A DNA stretch of 64,000 bases from an uncultured Clostridia bacterium (lineage in GTDB: Bacteria; Bacillota; Clostridia; Christensenellales; CAG-917): positions 10,240 through 74,239 of the forward strand of contig CAKQMI010000002.1 in NCBI GenBank assembly GCA_934254835.1, written 5' to 3'. The notes beneath the pieces are model-generated. The model ran no database searches, was not told the origin of the DNA, and worked only from the letters and a program-made list of their open reading frames with translations. Below, one piece after another: positions 46,243 through 54,611 of this stretch. The translations under genes were made by a program, and so were the position numbers. Position 1 is the first letter of the stretch. Each line of letters opens with the position of its first letter.

Positions 46243-47370
46243 CTACTTTTGCAAGTGTTTAGGGGTTTTGCCACGCATAAAATTGCCGATGACGTCGCTG
46301 TCGAACGTAAGGCGCGATTTTCTTGTTTCCTTTTTTCTTTTGACTGCGCCTGAAATTATGCCGTCCAGAAGCGACGAAAACGTTATGCCCATAGGCTCGA
46401 ACAGATAAAACGCCATACTCCCCGGCACCGTGTTCACCTCGTTGACAAACAATTTTTCGTTTTGGCTCAACAAAAAATCCACGCGGACGACGCCCGACAT
46501 ATCGAGGTCTTCGTAAATCCTTTTTGCAATTTCTTTGACGTCGTTTTTGATTTCTGGCGAGATTTTTGCGGGGAGTTCCCGCTTTCCTCCACCGCTCTTC
46601 CCGCCCTCGTATTTGTCCTGGAAGGACAAAAAGTCTTGCCAGGACACGGGACTTTCAACCTCCGACGTGAAAATTTCATTGCCGTTTGAAAATACCGCAC
46701 AGTTCAATTCCTTGAAGTTTTCAAGCGCGGTTTCGACAATGATTTTTTCGTCGAATTTCGACGCCACTTCGATTGCGGTTTTCAGTTCGTCCTCCGTCCG
46801 CGCCTTCCTGATTCCGATGCTACTGCCAAGCCCCGACGGCTTCACGATAAGCGGATATTCCAAAAACGTCAGGACATGGCGCAAAACTTCCGAAGTGTTC
46901 CTTTCAAAATCGGCGCGACGCACGGTTATCGACGGCATTGTATTGAGCATAAGTCCGTCCAAAAGTTGCTTTGAAATCGTTTTGTCCATGCACACCGACG
47001 ACGCGATAACCCCCGCCGACGTATAAGGTATTCCGTTGTATTCCAAAAACCCTTGCAATACGCCGTTCTCACCCTCGCCCCCGTGACAGCAAACAAGCGC
47101 GACGTCGGGCGTTTCCTTTTTCAACAAAATCATGCCTTTTCGTGTGTAAAACGCGCCGTCAATAAGCCAAAGTCTTGTGCATTTTTTGGGATTGAACCCT
47201 TCAAAAAAGCCGACGTCTTTCATGTTTTCCGACGTGTAAAACGCGCCGTCTTTCATATAAACGGGCACAACGTCGTAACTTTTGTCCAGTGCATTCAAAA
47301 CTTGCACGCCCGTGATAATCGAAATATCGTGTTCGCAACTTCTGCCACCGAAAAATACCGCTACGTTCAT
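46243..47370 (-). CDS. ddl: D-alanine--D-alanine ligase
   Basis: 375 aa. VAVFFGGRSCEHDISI, HGGEGENG and an ATP-grasp domain (EVNTVPG). Confidence 0.93.
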   Translation of the reverse strand: MNVAVFFGGRSCEHDISIITGVQVLNALDKSYDVVPVYMKDGAFYTSENMKDVGFFEGFNPKKCTRLWLIDGAFYTRKGMILLKKETPDVALVCCHGGEGENGVLQGFLEYNGIPYTSAGVIASSVCMDKTISKQLLDGLMLNTMPSITVRRADFERNTSEVLRHVLTFLEYPLIVKPSGLGSSIGIRKARTEDELKTAIEVASKFDEKIIVETALENFKELNCAVFSNGNEIFTSEVESPVSWQDFLSFQDKYEGGKSGGGKRELPAKISPEIKNDVKEIAKRIYEDLDMSGVVRVDFLLSQNEKLFVNEVNTVPGSMAFYLFEPMGITFSSLLDGIISGAVKRKKETRKSRLTFDSDVIGNFMRGKTPKHLQK

Positions 47371-47389
47371 ATTCTTCTCCTTTTTTTTG

Positions 47390-48949
47390 TCAGTTATATT
47401 CGTCGGGAAGATCGTTCAGAAACAGCACGACGTCGCCCGCCGAAAACAGGTCGGGAAAATACCTTTCGGCGTCGGACAACTTCCGAAAAATCAGTACGTT
47501 TTCTTCGGGAAAGCCGTTTTCGACAAGTCCTTTTTTGATAAACTCCCCTCGCCGTCCGATGAGCATCACAAGATTTGCGACTTCCGCCATCTCTCTTCCA
47601 AGTTTTTCGTTTTCCCGCGCCTCGACTTTTCCAAGTTCCACAAGCCCCGGCGTCACGACGATTCGGCGGGCGTCAAACGCTTTCAGCACTTCAAGCGCAC
47701 GCAACGCGCCGACGGGATTGCCGTTATAGGTATCGTCGATGATATTTATGCGTCCGTTGTTGATAAGTTCGAGCCTGTGCGGGGTGGGTTTCAACGATTT
47801 TACAGCGTCCAAAATATCTTGTGCGGGGACGTTCAACTTTTTTGCAAGCGCAGAGGCAGCGACAATATCGTCAACTGCGTGCCTGCCCAAAAGACGAGTG
47901 GTCGCAAAGTACTTTTCTCCGTCAAGATATAGACAAAAATTACTGCCCTCTGAATTTATTTCCACATTTTCGGCATAAGCGAAGTCACCTTCCCCGCCCA
48001 CGAAAAAGGCGTTTTTCGGAAGCGTTACTTCCCGCTCGATACCGTTTCGGTTGATGACGATAAAGCCGTCGTTTGCGACGTAATCCATAAGCGAAAATTT
48101 TTCTTTGTAAACTCTGTCTATCGTCTTGAAAGTTTCCAGGTGTTGTCCCGTCACGCCTGTAATTATCCCGTGTTGAGGTTGCACGACGTCGCAAAGCTTT
48201 TTGATGTCACCTTTCTTTCTTGCGCCCATTTCCGCAATGAAAATCCGCGTGGTCGCGCCAACGTTTTTCACGCTTTTTGCTATGCCCAACGGCGTGTTGA
48301 AATTTTTGTCGGTTTTTGCCGTTTCGTACTTTTTGGAAAGCATTGCGTATAAGACGTTTTTTACGGTCGTCTTCCCAAAACTCCCCGTCACCGCAATTTT
48401 AATAAGACAGTCGTTTTCGGATAATTCTTTTTTGGTTTTTTTGACGTAACGTTCGTTGTTTATCCTCTCGAACGGGCATAAAATAACGTTTGCGAAGAAA
48501 GTTGTCGCAACCGTCAAAAACGGCGCGCATGTCGAAAACAATGTAAAGCGAAAATCGTGCAATATACAAAGCGCAACGACGTTTTCCGCAACCGTCAAAA
48601 GTCCCGAAAGCGCAAAAAGTCGCATAAGTCTTTTGGTGTAAACGGGCGGGTTTTTCACCTTTTCCGAAGTCACCGCGCACACAAATACGAATGAAAACAG
48701 CGCGTACAATGCAAAAAACGTCGCGATAAATTCAAGCGAATATGAAAAAAGTCGTCCCAAAAAATACAGCGCGAAAAATACCGCCGACATCACAAAAAAC
48801 GGCGTCAATCGCTTATAAAAAAACCGCGCTCGCCTGAAAATCGCAAAAACGCCGTACCCTTCCGCCTGAATTTGTTTAAGCGTAAGGGGCGTTGTCAGAA
48901 TTTGAAGTATTGTCGTTGTCACCGTCACAATAAGCAGTATCGTTTCCAT
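47390..48949 (-). CDS. murF: UDP-MurNAc-tripeptide--D-Ala-D-Ala ligase (MurF) with an N-terminal polytopic membrane domain
   Basis: 519 aa. The Mur ligase P-loop VTGSFGKTT is at residues ~188-195, and DDTYNGNP is MurF-type. Lies upstream of ddl. The first ~165 aa form about 5 hydrophobic helices in place of the usual soluble N-domain. The start is uncertain: no SD before ATG 48949, and there is a 74-nt overlap with the upstream ORF. Confidence 0.78.
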   Translation of the reverse strand: METILLIVTVTTTILQILTTPLTLKQIQAEGYGVFAIFRRARFFYKRLTPFFVMSAVFFALYFLGRLFSYSLEFIATFFALYALFSFVFVCAVTSEKVKNPPVYTKRLMRLFALSGLLTVAENVVALCILHDFRFTLFSTCAPFLTVATTFFANVILCPFERINNERYVKKTKKELSENDCLIKIAVTGSFGKTTVKNVLYAMLSKKYETAKTDKNFNTPLGIAKSVKNVGATTRIFIAEMGARKKGDIKKLCDVVQPQHGIITGVTGQHLETFKTIDRVYKEKFSLMDYVANDGFIVINRNGIEREVTLPKNAFFVGGEGDFAYAENVEINSEGSNFCLYLDGEKYFATTRLLGRHAVDDIVAASALAKKLNVPAQDILDAVKSLKPTPHRLELINNGRINIIDDTYNGNPVGALRALEVLKAFDARRIVVTPGLVELGKVEARENEKLGREMAEVANLVMLIGRRGEFIKKGLVENGFPEENVLIFRKLSDAERYFPDLFSAGDVVLFLNDLPDEYN

Positions 48950-49589
48950 AAATAAAAGCGGAAAGTACTTTCAAAAAGTAACCGCTATTATCTAAATATG
49001 AAAAATGCCCTGCGTTTGTGAGTACGAAAAGGTGGCTGGACTTGATTTTTTTGTTGAGCTTCCTCGCCATATACATCGGGGTGTCCTTGTCCTTATCGCC
49101 CCAAAAGATGGCGGTGTCGGCTTTTATGTCTTGCAGGAGGTATGTTTCGTCGAAGTTCACGACGTTTTGAAAGGTTTTTTTCATGACGGGCGACAGCGCG
49201 CGATAGTCTTCGCTACCTTTTAGTCCCCGTCCGAATTTTTTGAGAATTTTGTGCAACAAAACTTTGAGGCGGTATTTTATCCCGCGTCGGGGTTTAATCC
49301 CCGCGCTGTCGACAAGCACGAGTTTATCCACTTTTTCGGGATACTTTGCCGAGATATAAATTGCGACTCTGCCCCCGAAAGAGTGTCCGACAAGCGTCGC
49401 TTTTTTGATTTTCAACTTATCCATAATTTCCAAAACACCGTCGGCGTAGTCTTTCACCGTCAGCGGAAAATCGGGGTGCGGGGTTTTTCCGAATCCGTAA
49501 AAGTCCACAAGCGTCGCCGTCACGGACAAGCTTTTCGCCACAAATAAAAACGACCGGACGTCACCGCCCCAGCCGTGTAAAAAAATCAC
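48876..49589 (-). CDS. Alpha/beta-fold hydrolase
   Basis: HGWGG oxyanion motif and GHSFGG nucleophile elbow. The only canonical start is GTG 49589, immediately before IFLHGWGG. Confidence 0.78.
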   Translation of the reverse strand: MIFLHGWGGDVRSFLFVAKSLSVTATLVDFYGFGKTPHPDFPLTVKDYADGVLEIMDKLKIKKATLVGHSFGGRVAIYISAKYPEKVDKLVLVDSAGIKPRRGIKYRLKVLLHKILKKFGRGLKGSEDYRALSPVMKKTFQNVVNFDETYLLQDIKADTAIFWGDKDKDTPMYMARKLNKKIKSSHLFVLTNAGHFSYLDNSGYFLKVLSAFIYGNDTAYCDGDNDNTSNSDNAPYA

Positions 49590-49628
49590 CTCGTGTCCAG
49601 TTCCGAATCGTACGAAATTAAGTATAAC

Positions 49629-50069
49629 TCATTCCCCCGTGTTCAACCAGTATATAAGAGCGTCGTCCACGCCCTCGTAATATTTTTTGCGTCGTCCCGC
49701 CATCTTAAATCCAAAACTTTCGTACAGATTTATTGCAGGGACGTTGTGTTCGTTGACCTCGAGCGTGACTTTCGACACGCCGTTTTCAACCATATCGTTT
49801 AATGCAAATTCCAAAAGTTTTTTGCCAAAACCTTTGCGTTTTTCGTCGGGTTTTACCGCGATATTCGTAATATGCGCTTCGTCAAGTATTCTATAAAACC
49901 CCATATATGCGACTACTTGCGCGTCTTTTTCGATGACAAAGTAGTGCGCAAGCGGGTTTTTCAGTTCGTCCGCAATCATTTGCGCTGACCACGGCGTTTT
50001 GAAACTGACCTTCTCTATTTCGGCAATTTCTTTGACATGCTCCGCACTCATTTTTATGATTTCAGCCAT
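49629..50069 (-). CDS. rimI: Ribosomal-protein-alanine N-acetyltransferase RimI (GNAT)
   Basis: 146 aa. The GNAT motif A is VKPDEKRKGFGKKLL. Located in the tsaE-tsaB-rimI cluster. Confidence 0.88.
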   Translation of the reverse strand: MAEIIKMSAEHVKEIAEIEKVSFKTPWSAQMIADELKNPLAHYFVIEKDAQVVAYMGFYRILDEAHITNIAVKPDEKRKGFGKKLLEFALNDMVENGVSKVTLEVNEHNVPAINLYESFGFKMAGRRKKYYEGVDDALIYWLNTGE

Positions 50070-50637
50070 TTTTCTTTGCCTCGCGCTCCGCCTGACTTTC
50101 GCGAAGATATAAGGGGCGCAAACTTTCCTTGAAGTCGTTGTTTTCAGCTTTTTTTATGAGAACGCTTGAAAAGGCTAAGACATAGTCGTCGTTTTCGTCG
50201 CGGAAAAACCGCGCGCCATTAATCTCGTCTCCGCACTCGAAATATTGCGTTTTTTGGACAATTCCGTCCTTCACGAAAGCACCGTAATAATTTCCGTGCA
50301 TTGCGTCGATAAGCACGACGCCCTCGCCTTTATCGTATGCGACAAGTTCAAAAGAGGTGACGTCGATGACGGGTTTTCCTTTGGCATAAGATAGCGCATT
50401 TATCGTTGACACGCCGACTCTTATCCCGGTGAAACTGCCGGGGCCCGTCACTGCCGAAAAAGCCGTCACGTCGTCCAAAGAATATCCGCTTTCCGTCAAC
50501 AGTTCGTCCACGACAGGGAGAAGTTGCGCGGTGTGCTTTTTATTGCCCTCGCTTGAAACTTTTTGGAAGGTTTTGTTGCCGTCGGTCAGCACCGCAACCA
50601 GCCTGTCGCGCGTTGTATCCACACCCAAAATCAGCAT
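50062..50637 (-). CDS. tsaB: tRNA t6A37 biosynthesis protein TsaB
   Basis: 191 aa. LILGVDTT..., and TGPGSFTGIRVGVST. Confidence 0.9.
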   Translation of the reverse strand: MLILGVDTTRDRLVAVLTDGNKTFQKVSSEGNKKHTAQLLPVVDELLTESGYSLDDVTAFSAVTGPGSFTGIRVGVSTINALSYAKGKPVIDVTSFELVAYDKGEGVVLIDAMHGNYYGAFVKDGIVQKTQYFECGDEINGARFFRDENDDYVLAFSSVLIKKAENNDFKESLRPLYLRESQAEREAKKNG

Positions 50638-51035
50638 ATTTCGATCTCCCTTTCGTCCCCGCCGACGTTTTTAATATTTATCGTAATCAAGTTTTTCGGA
50701 AGGCGCGAAAACTTGTTCCACTCGATGACGCAGACGCCGTTTTCATAAAGATAATCCTCAAGTCCCAGCTCGTACAACTCGTCCTCGGACGAAATCCTGT
50801 ACATATCGAAATGATACACGGGCAATCTCGTGTCGTCGTAGGCGTGCATTATCGTAAACGTCGGGCTGACGACGGTCTTTTTCCCGCCAAGCCCCGCAAC
50901 AAGCCCTTTCGTAAAGGTGGTTTTCCCTGCGCCCAAATCGCCGTTTAACAAAATAACCTCGCCACCCGTGAGGGTTTTGCCGAGGTCTTTTGCGATATTT
51001 TTGGTGTTTTCCGCGCTTTTTGACAAATATTTCAT
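50631..51035 (-). CDS. tsaE: tRNA t6A37 biosynthesis ATPase TsaE
   Basis: 134 aa. LNGDLGAGKTTFTKG, SPTF and HFDMYR. Confidence 0.9.
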   Translation of the reverse strand: MKYLSKSAENTKNIAKDLGKTLTGGEVILLNGDLGAGKTTFTKGLVAGLGGKKTVVSPTFTIMHAYDDTRLPVYHFDMYRISSEDELYELGLEDYLYENGVCVIEWNKFSRLPKNLITINIKNVGGDEREIEIC

Positions 51036-51047
51036 ACAAAGATTATA

Positions 51048-51965
51048 TTACTTTTCGTCGTTATTTGCAAGGTCTTTGTCGTCGTTTTGGACAATATCGT
51101 CGTCCTTTTCATCGGTTTTTGCGGTTTCGTCGTTGTCGGGATTGTCCGTACTTTCGGCATTATCGGCGATATTATCAACGTTTTCATTATCTTTCCTGTC
51201 GTTTTCCTCGTCCGTTACGGTATATACGCCGTCGTTTTCAACGGTATCGACCGCGTCTTCCGTCGACGCTTCAGGATCAACGGGCGTATATTTATCGTTA
51301 TAAACCTCCATCGTTTCGAGTTTCAACGGACGTTTAATGCGCGGATACAGGAAGAAAGTCACCGCCGACACAATAAAGCACCTCAAAAGATTGAACGGCA
51401 GAATGCCAACGCCCAGATACCATTTGTAAAAAGTTTCTTTCGTGATGCCCTTGTAAAGTTTGCTCATCATACCGAGAAGCGGTGCCCAACTGCCCTTGAA
51501 CATAACCTCGACGTAAAACGGTATCGAGATGAAGCGGTTGACGATAATCGACATAACCGTGACCGTCAAAGAGCCCACAACAAGCCCTATAAGCGCGGTT
51601 TTTTTGTTCTTTTTACTGTTGTATATGAGCGAAGACGGCACGACAAAACAAATGCCCAAAATTACGTCGGTTGCCTCACCCACAAAAAACGTGCCCGACA
51701 GCGGAAGTTTCAATAAACACTTGAAGAAAATTACAAGCACACCCGAGATCGGTCCCATCGAAAACCCTGCGATAAGCGCGGGAAGTTCGGAAATCTGAAT
51801 ATCCAAAAAGTTCGGGAACAAAAACGGCAACGGGAATTTTGCAACAACATACAAAATATAGGATAAAGTGGTATAAATTGCGATTTTTACAATGTACTCC
51901 ACCCTGTTTTTGCCGTCGGTGTAACGCTTGAAGTTGGTGACAATGTTTCTTCTGAGTTCGGACAT
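51048..51965 (-). CDS. ribU: ECF transporter S component for riboflavin (RibU-like) with an acidic D/N/E-rich C-terminal tail
   Basis: Start set at ATG 51965. The S-component pattern is FLDIQISELPALIAGFSMGPISGVLVIFFK. It lies directly downstream of an FMN riboswitch. The last ~90 aa are low-complexity and acidic. Confidence 0.8.
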   Translation of the reverse strand: MSELRRNIVTNFKRYTDGKNRVEYIVKIAIYTTLSYILYVVAKFPLPFLFPNFLDIQISELPALIAGFSMGPISGVLVIFFKCLLKLPLSGTFFVGEATDVILGICFVVPSSLIYNSKKNKKTALIGLVVGSLTVTVMSIIVNRFISIPFYVEVMFKGSWAPLLGMMSKLYKGITKETFYKWYLGVGILPFNLLRCFIVSAVTFFLYPRIKRPLKLETMEVYNDKYTPVDPEASTEDAVDTVENDGVYTVTDEENDRKDNENVDNIADNAESTDNPDNDETAKTDEKDDDIVQNDDKDLANNDEK

Positions 51966-51966
51966 A

Positions 51967-52138
51967 TAAAAAAGCCTCGATTTGTATTTTCGAGGCGTCT
52001 TGAAATCATATATTGCAACAAATGCACGATAAACGACTTCTCCCATCCGGACTATACCGTCGGTCAGGGAATTTCACCCTGTCGCTTGCGCTTGTGGACT
52101 GTCACCACCGGTGAGGACTTGCACCTCGCCTCGAAGTA
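51967..52138 (-). promoter_or_regulatory. FMN riboswitch (RFN element) with terminator expression platform
   Basis: Minus strand: CUUCGAGGCGAGGUGCAAGUCCUCACCGGUGGU...GACAGGGUGAAAUUCCCUGACCGACGGUAUAGUCCGGAUGGGAGAAG. This matches the RFN core of B. subtilis ribD (GGGUGAAAUUCCC.ACCGGCGGU ... GCCGACAGU.AAGUCUGGAUGGGAGAAG). It is followed by the terminator GCCUCGA-N9-UCGAGGC-U6 (51967-51996), whose 3' arm contains the only SD-like GAGG. Confidence 0.85.
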
Positions 52139-52143
52139 GTTTC

Positions 52144-52172
52144 ATTATAGCACGGCGTATTCCAAATTGCAA
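52144..52172 (-). promoter_or_regulatory. Sigma-A type promoter of the FMN riboswitch-ribU unit
   Basis: On the minus strand: TTGCAA (52167-52172), a 17-nt spacer and TATAAT (52144-52149). Confidence 0.55.
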
Positions 52173-52228
52173 TACTTATTTCCGTGTTTTTTCAAAATGT
52201 GAAAAATCGTCTTAACTTTTGTCCAATG

Positions 52229-52582
52229 TCAGTTGCTTTCGTACTTCACAACGTTGTCGCCGTCCGACCAGAGTTTGTCAAGGCAGTACAAAACACGCGT
52301 GTCGTCGTTGAAAATGTGCACGATAACCCCGCCGTAGTCCATGACAATCCACCTGCCTTCGCGAGTGCCGTCGACACGAAGCGGTTCGAACCCGTCAACT
52401 TTTGACAGTTTTTCGTCGATGTGTTCATAGATGGCTTTCGCCTGCGCGGTGCTTCTTGCCGTCGCGATGACAAAATAGTCCGCAACGATGGTCAGATGCC
52501 CGACTTTCATAATGGTGATGTCGATTGCTTTCTTTTCGCTGAGTAATCCGCAAATTCTTTCGGCAAGTTCTTGAGGGTTCAT
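52229..52582 (-). CDS. rsfS: Ribosome silencing factor RsfS (iojap-like)
   Basis: 117 aa. DYFVIATARSTAQAKAI and WIVMDYGGVIVHIF. Confidence 0.92.
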   Translation of the reverse strand: MNPQELAERICGLLSEKKAIDITIMKVGHLTIVADYFVIATARSTAQAKAIYEHIDEKLSKVDGFEPLRVDGTREGRWIVMDYGGVIVHIFNDDTRVLYCLDKLWSDGDNVVKYESN

Positions 52583-52617
52583 TAAATTCTCCTTATAGCG
52601 TTCTGTGATATTTGGTA

Positions 52618-53760
52618 TTAAATGGTATTATCAGTATAATAATTTACCGCTTTTGTTGTCAAAGGATAAACCGCCCTGCCCGTTTCGACAACGTAATCGC
52701 GACTGTAAGTCAGGCATTTGATAAATCCCTTTTCAAAATCATTATACACGGCTTTTCGCAAACTTTCAACCCCTTTGAAATCTCTTTCCGACGAAATGAG
52801 GTCGGAAACGTAAATAAGTTTTTCAAAAGACGTCATATTTTCGCGCCCGGTGGTGTGGAAGCGAATGGCGTTCAGCAACTCATCGTCCGAAATTTTGAAG
52901 TCTTTTTTGACAATTTCCGCACTTACGAACTGGTGCTGTACGGGCGAGCCGATCGAATCGGCAGGAATAAGATTTTTGAGATTTTCGGGCAATTTTTCCT
53001 TATCGTACCTCTTCCCGACGTCGTGCAAAAGCCCCGCCAACAACACTTTATTTTCGTCAATCATTAGACAAAAGTTACGATTTAGCGACAGCGCAGTAAG
53101 CGCGGTATTCTTGCTGTGCAAAAACCTTTTTTCGTCCAAATACCTTTCCGCCTTGTCAACGTAAGGGAAGAATTTGGAATATAAGTCGTGCGACTTTATA
53201 TACGCCAAGACTTTTGAATTAAGCCCCGAAACGTCCGCTTTCAACAACAGTCTGTCTCGTATGCTGTGGCTATCGAGCTCGCGCCCGACGTAATCCAAAA
53301 CACGGATATTCCCCTGCCATTTTTCGTTGAGTTCTTGCGCCTTTTTTCTGGCGTCCGGATACCCCTCGCGATTGAAAACCGCAATCTCAAAACTCCTGAC
53401 AATATACTCGGGATTATGCCAACTTTCAATCGCCAACAAACTGTCGCCACCGATGACATAAACAAACTTTCCGTACTTGTTTTCGAGCCGTGGCAAATTG
53501 TCGGACGAATAATTGACGCCCTCGTTTTTGTTTTCGATATCGTCGATGATAATCTCGGCAGGCACCGTCGAAAACGCCAGACGAGCCATCTCGGCGCGGT
53601 CATAAAACGGCGTCTCGGACGCGCTTTTGTGTGGCGGATTTTTGGTGGGTACAACGATAACTCTGTCGGCGCAAAGTTCGTTCACCGCCGACTTCAAAAT
53701 GTTTATGTGTTCGTCGTGGACGGGATCGAAACTCCCGCCGAAAACTACGTTCTTTATCAT
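52618..53760 (-). CDS. nadD: Fusion of nicotinate-nucleotide adenylyltransferase NadD with a YqeK-type HD phosphohydrolase
   Basis: 380 aa. The N-terminus GGSFDPVHDEHI carries the (H/T)xGH-type motif, and GGDSL is present. The C-terminal half has HS...LAGLLHDVGK (HD domain) as in YqeK. These are normally two adjacent genes upstream of rsfS. Confidence 0.85.
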   Translation of the reverse strand: MIKNVVFGGSFDPVHDEHINILKSAVNELCADRVIVVPTKNPPHKSASETPFYDRAEMARLAFSTVPAEIIIDDIENKNEGVNYSSDNLPRLENKYGKFVYVIGGDSLLAIESWHNPEYIVRSFEIAVFNREGYPDARKKAQELNEKWQGNIRVLDYVGRELDSHSIRDRLLLKADVSGLNSKVLAYIKSHDLYSKFFPYVDKAERYLDEKRFLHSKNTALTALSLNRNFCLMIDENKVLLAGLLHDVGKRYDKEKLPENLKNLIPADSIGSPVQHQFVSAEIVKKDFKISDDELLNAIRFHTTGRENMTSFEKLIYVSDLISSERDFKGVESLRKAVYNDFEKGFIKCLTYSRDYVVETGRAVYPLTTKAVNYYTDNTI

Positions 53761-53820
53761 ATTTATATTGTACCACCTTTTTGGCAGTATGCCAACTGAA
53801 GAAACGGGAAAAATTAAACT

Positions 53821-54516
53821 ATGGAATTCTATAAAATCATCGATAATATCACGGCGCGGTTTTTGGTGTTTTTGTTGAACGCAGTGTGGATTCAGTACTT
53901 TGTGCGCAACGTTTTGGCGTCCTTAGTCATTGCGTTTTCGCTGACGCTTTTGATGTTTATCGTCGCAAAAAAGGCGATGGAAAAAGTCCCGCACGACAAA
54001 ATCGACAAATCGGAAATTTACAAATCTTTCGTACTTATGCGCCCCGATGACCTGAAAAAACGCTACTTATCCCTCTCAAACGACGAAAATTTTGTCAAGT
54101 GTGCGATGCGGTTTTCAAATGCGTCGATTGACGACGTCGCGTCGGCGTATCGAGAAAGCGACGGCAATCCCGCCACCCTGCTTGTCGGAAATGCCACAAG
54201 AAGCGTTTTCGTTTTTGCGTCGTCGCTCGAAACCCCCGTCAAAATCGTGACGAAAAAGGACTTGTACAAACTTTTTAAGGCGAATAACGCCCTTCCCGAA
54301 ATCAAAACGAAACCCGCCGAAAAACCGCCCCTTAACGCCAAAGAAATTTTGAAAGCGACGTTTTCCCCAAAAAACGCCAAGTACTTTTTGTTTTCCGCGG
54401 TGCTACTTTCTTTGACCGCATTTTTCACGCCGTTCAAACTTTACTATGCCATAATGGCAAGTGTGTCGATTGTGTTTTCGCTTGTTTCGACAATCAGAGG
54501 AATAAGGGAAAATTAA
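53821..54516 (+). CDS. Hypothetical membrane protein (231 aa)
   Basis: ATG start. Two N-terminal and two C-terminal hydrophobic helices flank a soluble middle region. No recognisable motif. Confidence 0.55.
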   Translation: MEFYKIIDNITARFLVFLLNAVWIQYFVRNVLASLVIAFSLTLLMFIVAKKAMEKVPHDKIDKSEIYKSFVLMRPDDLKKRYLSLSNDENFVKCAMRFSNASIDDVASAYRESDGNPATLLVGNATRSVFVFASSLETPVKIVTKKDLYKLFKANNALPEIKTKPAEKPPLNAKEILKATFSPKNAKYFLFSAVLLSLTAFFTPFKLYYAIMASVSIVFSLVSTIRGIREN

Positions 54517-54517
54517 A

Positions 54518-54545
54518 AACGCGACGAAAAGTCGCGTTTACATTT
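54518..54545 (+). terminator. Weak hairpin terminator
   Basis: AACGCGAC-GAAAA-GTCGCGTT followed by TACATTTTT. Confidence 0.4.
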
Positions 54546-54611
54546 TTCAAATGAATTATCGAAAAATCACCGATATTTTTGCGTTATTTTAATGCAATTA
54601 AAAATCTTTTG

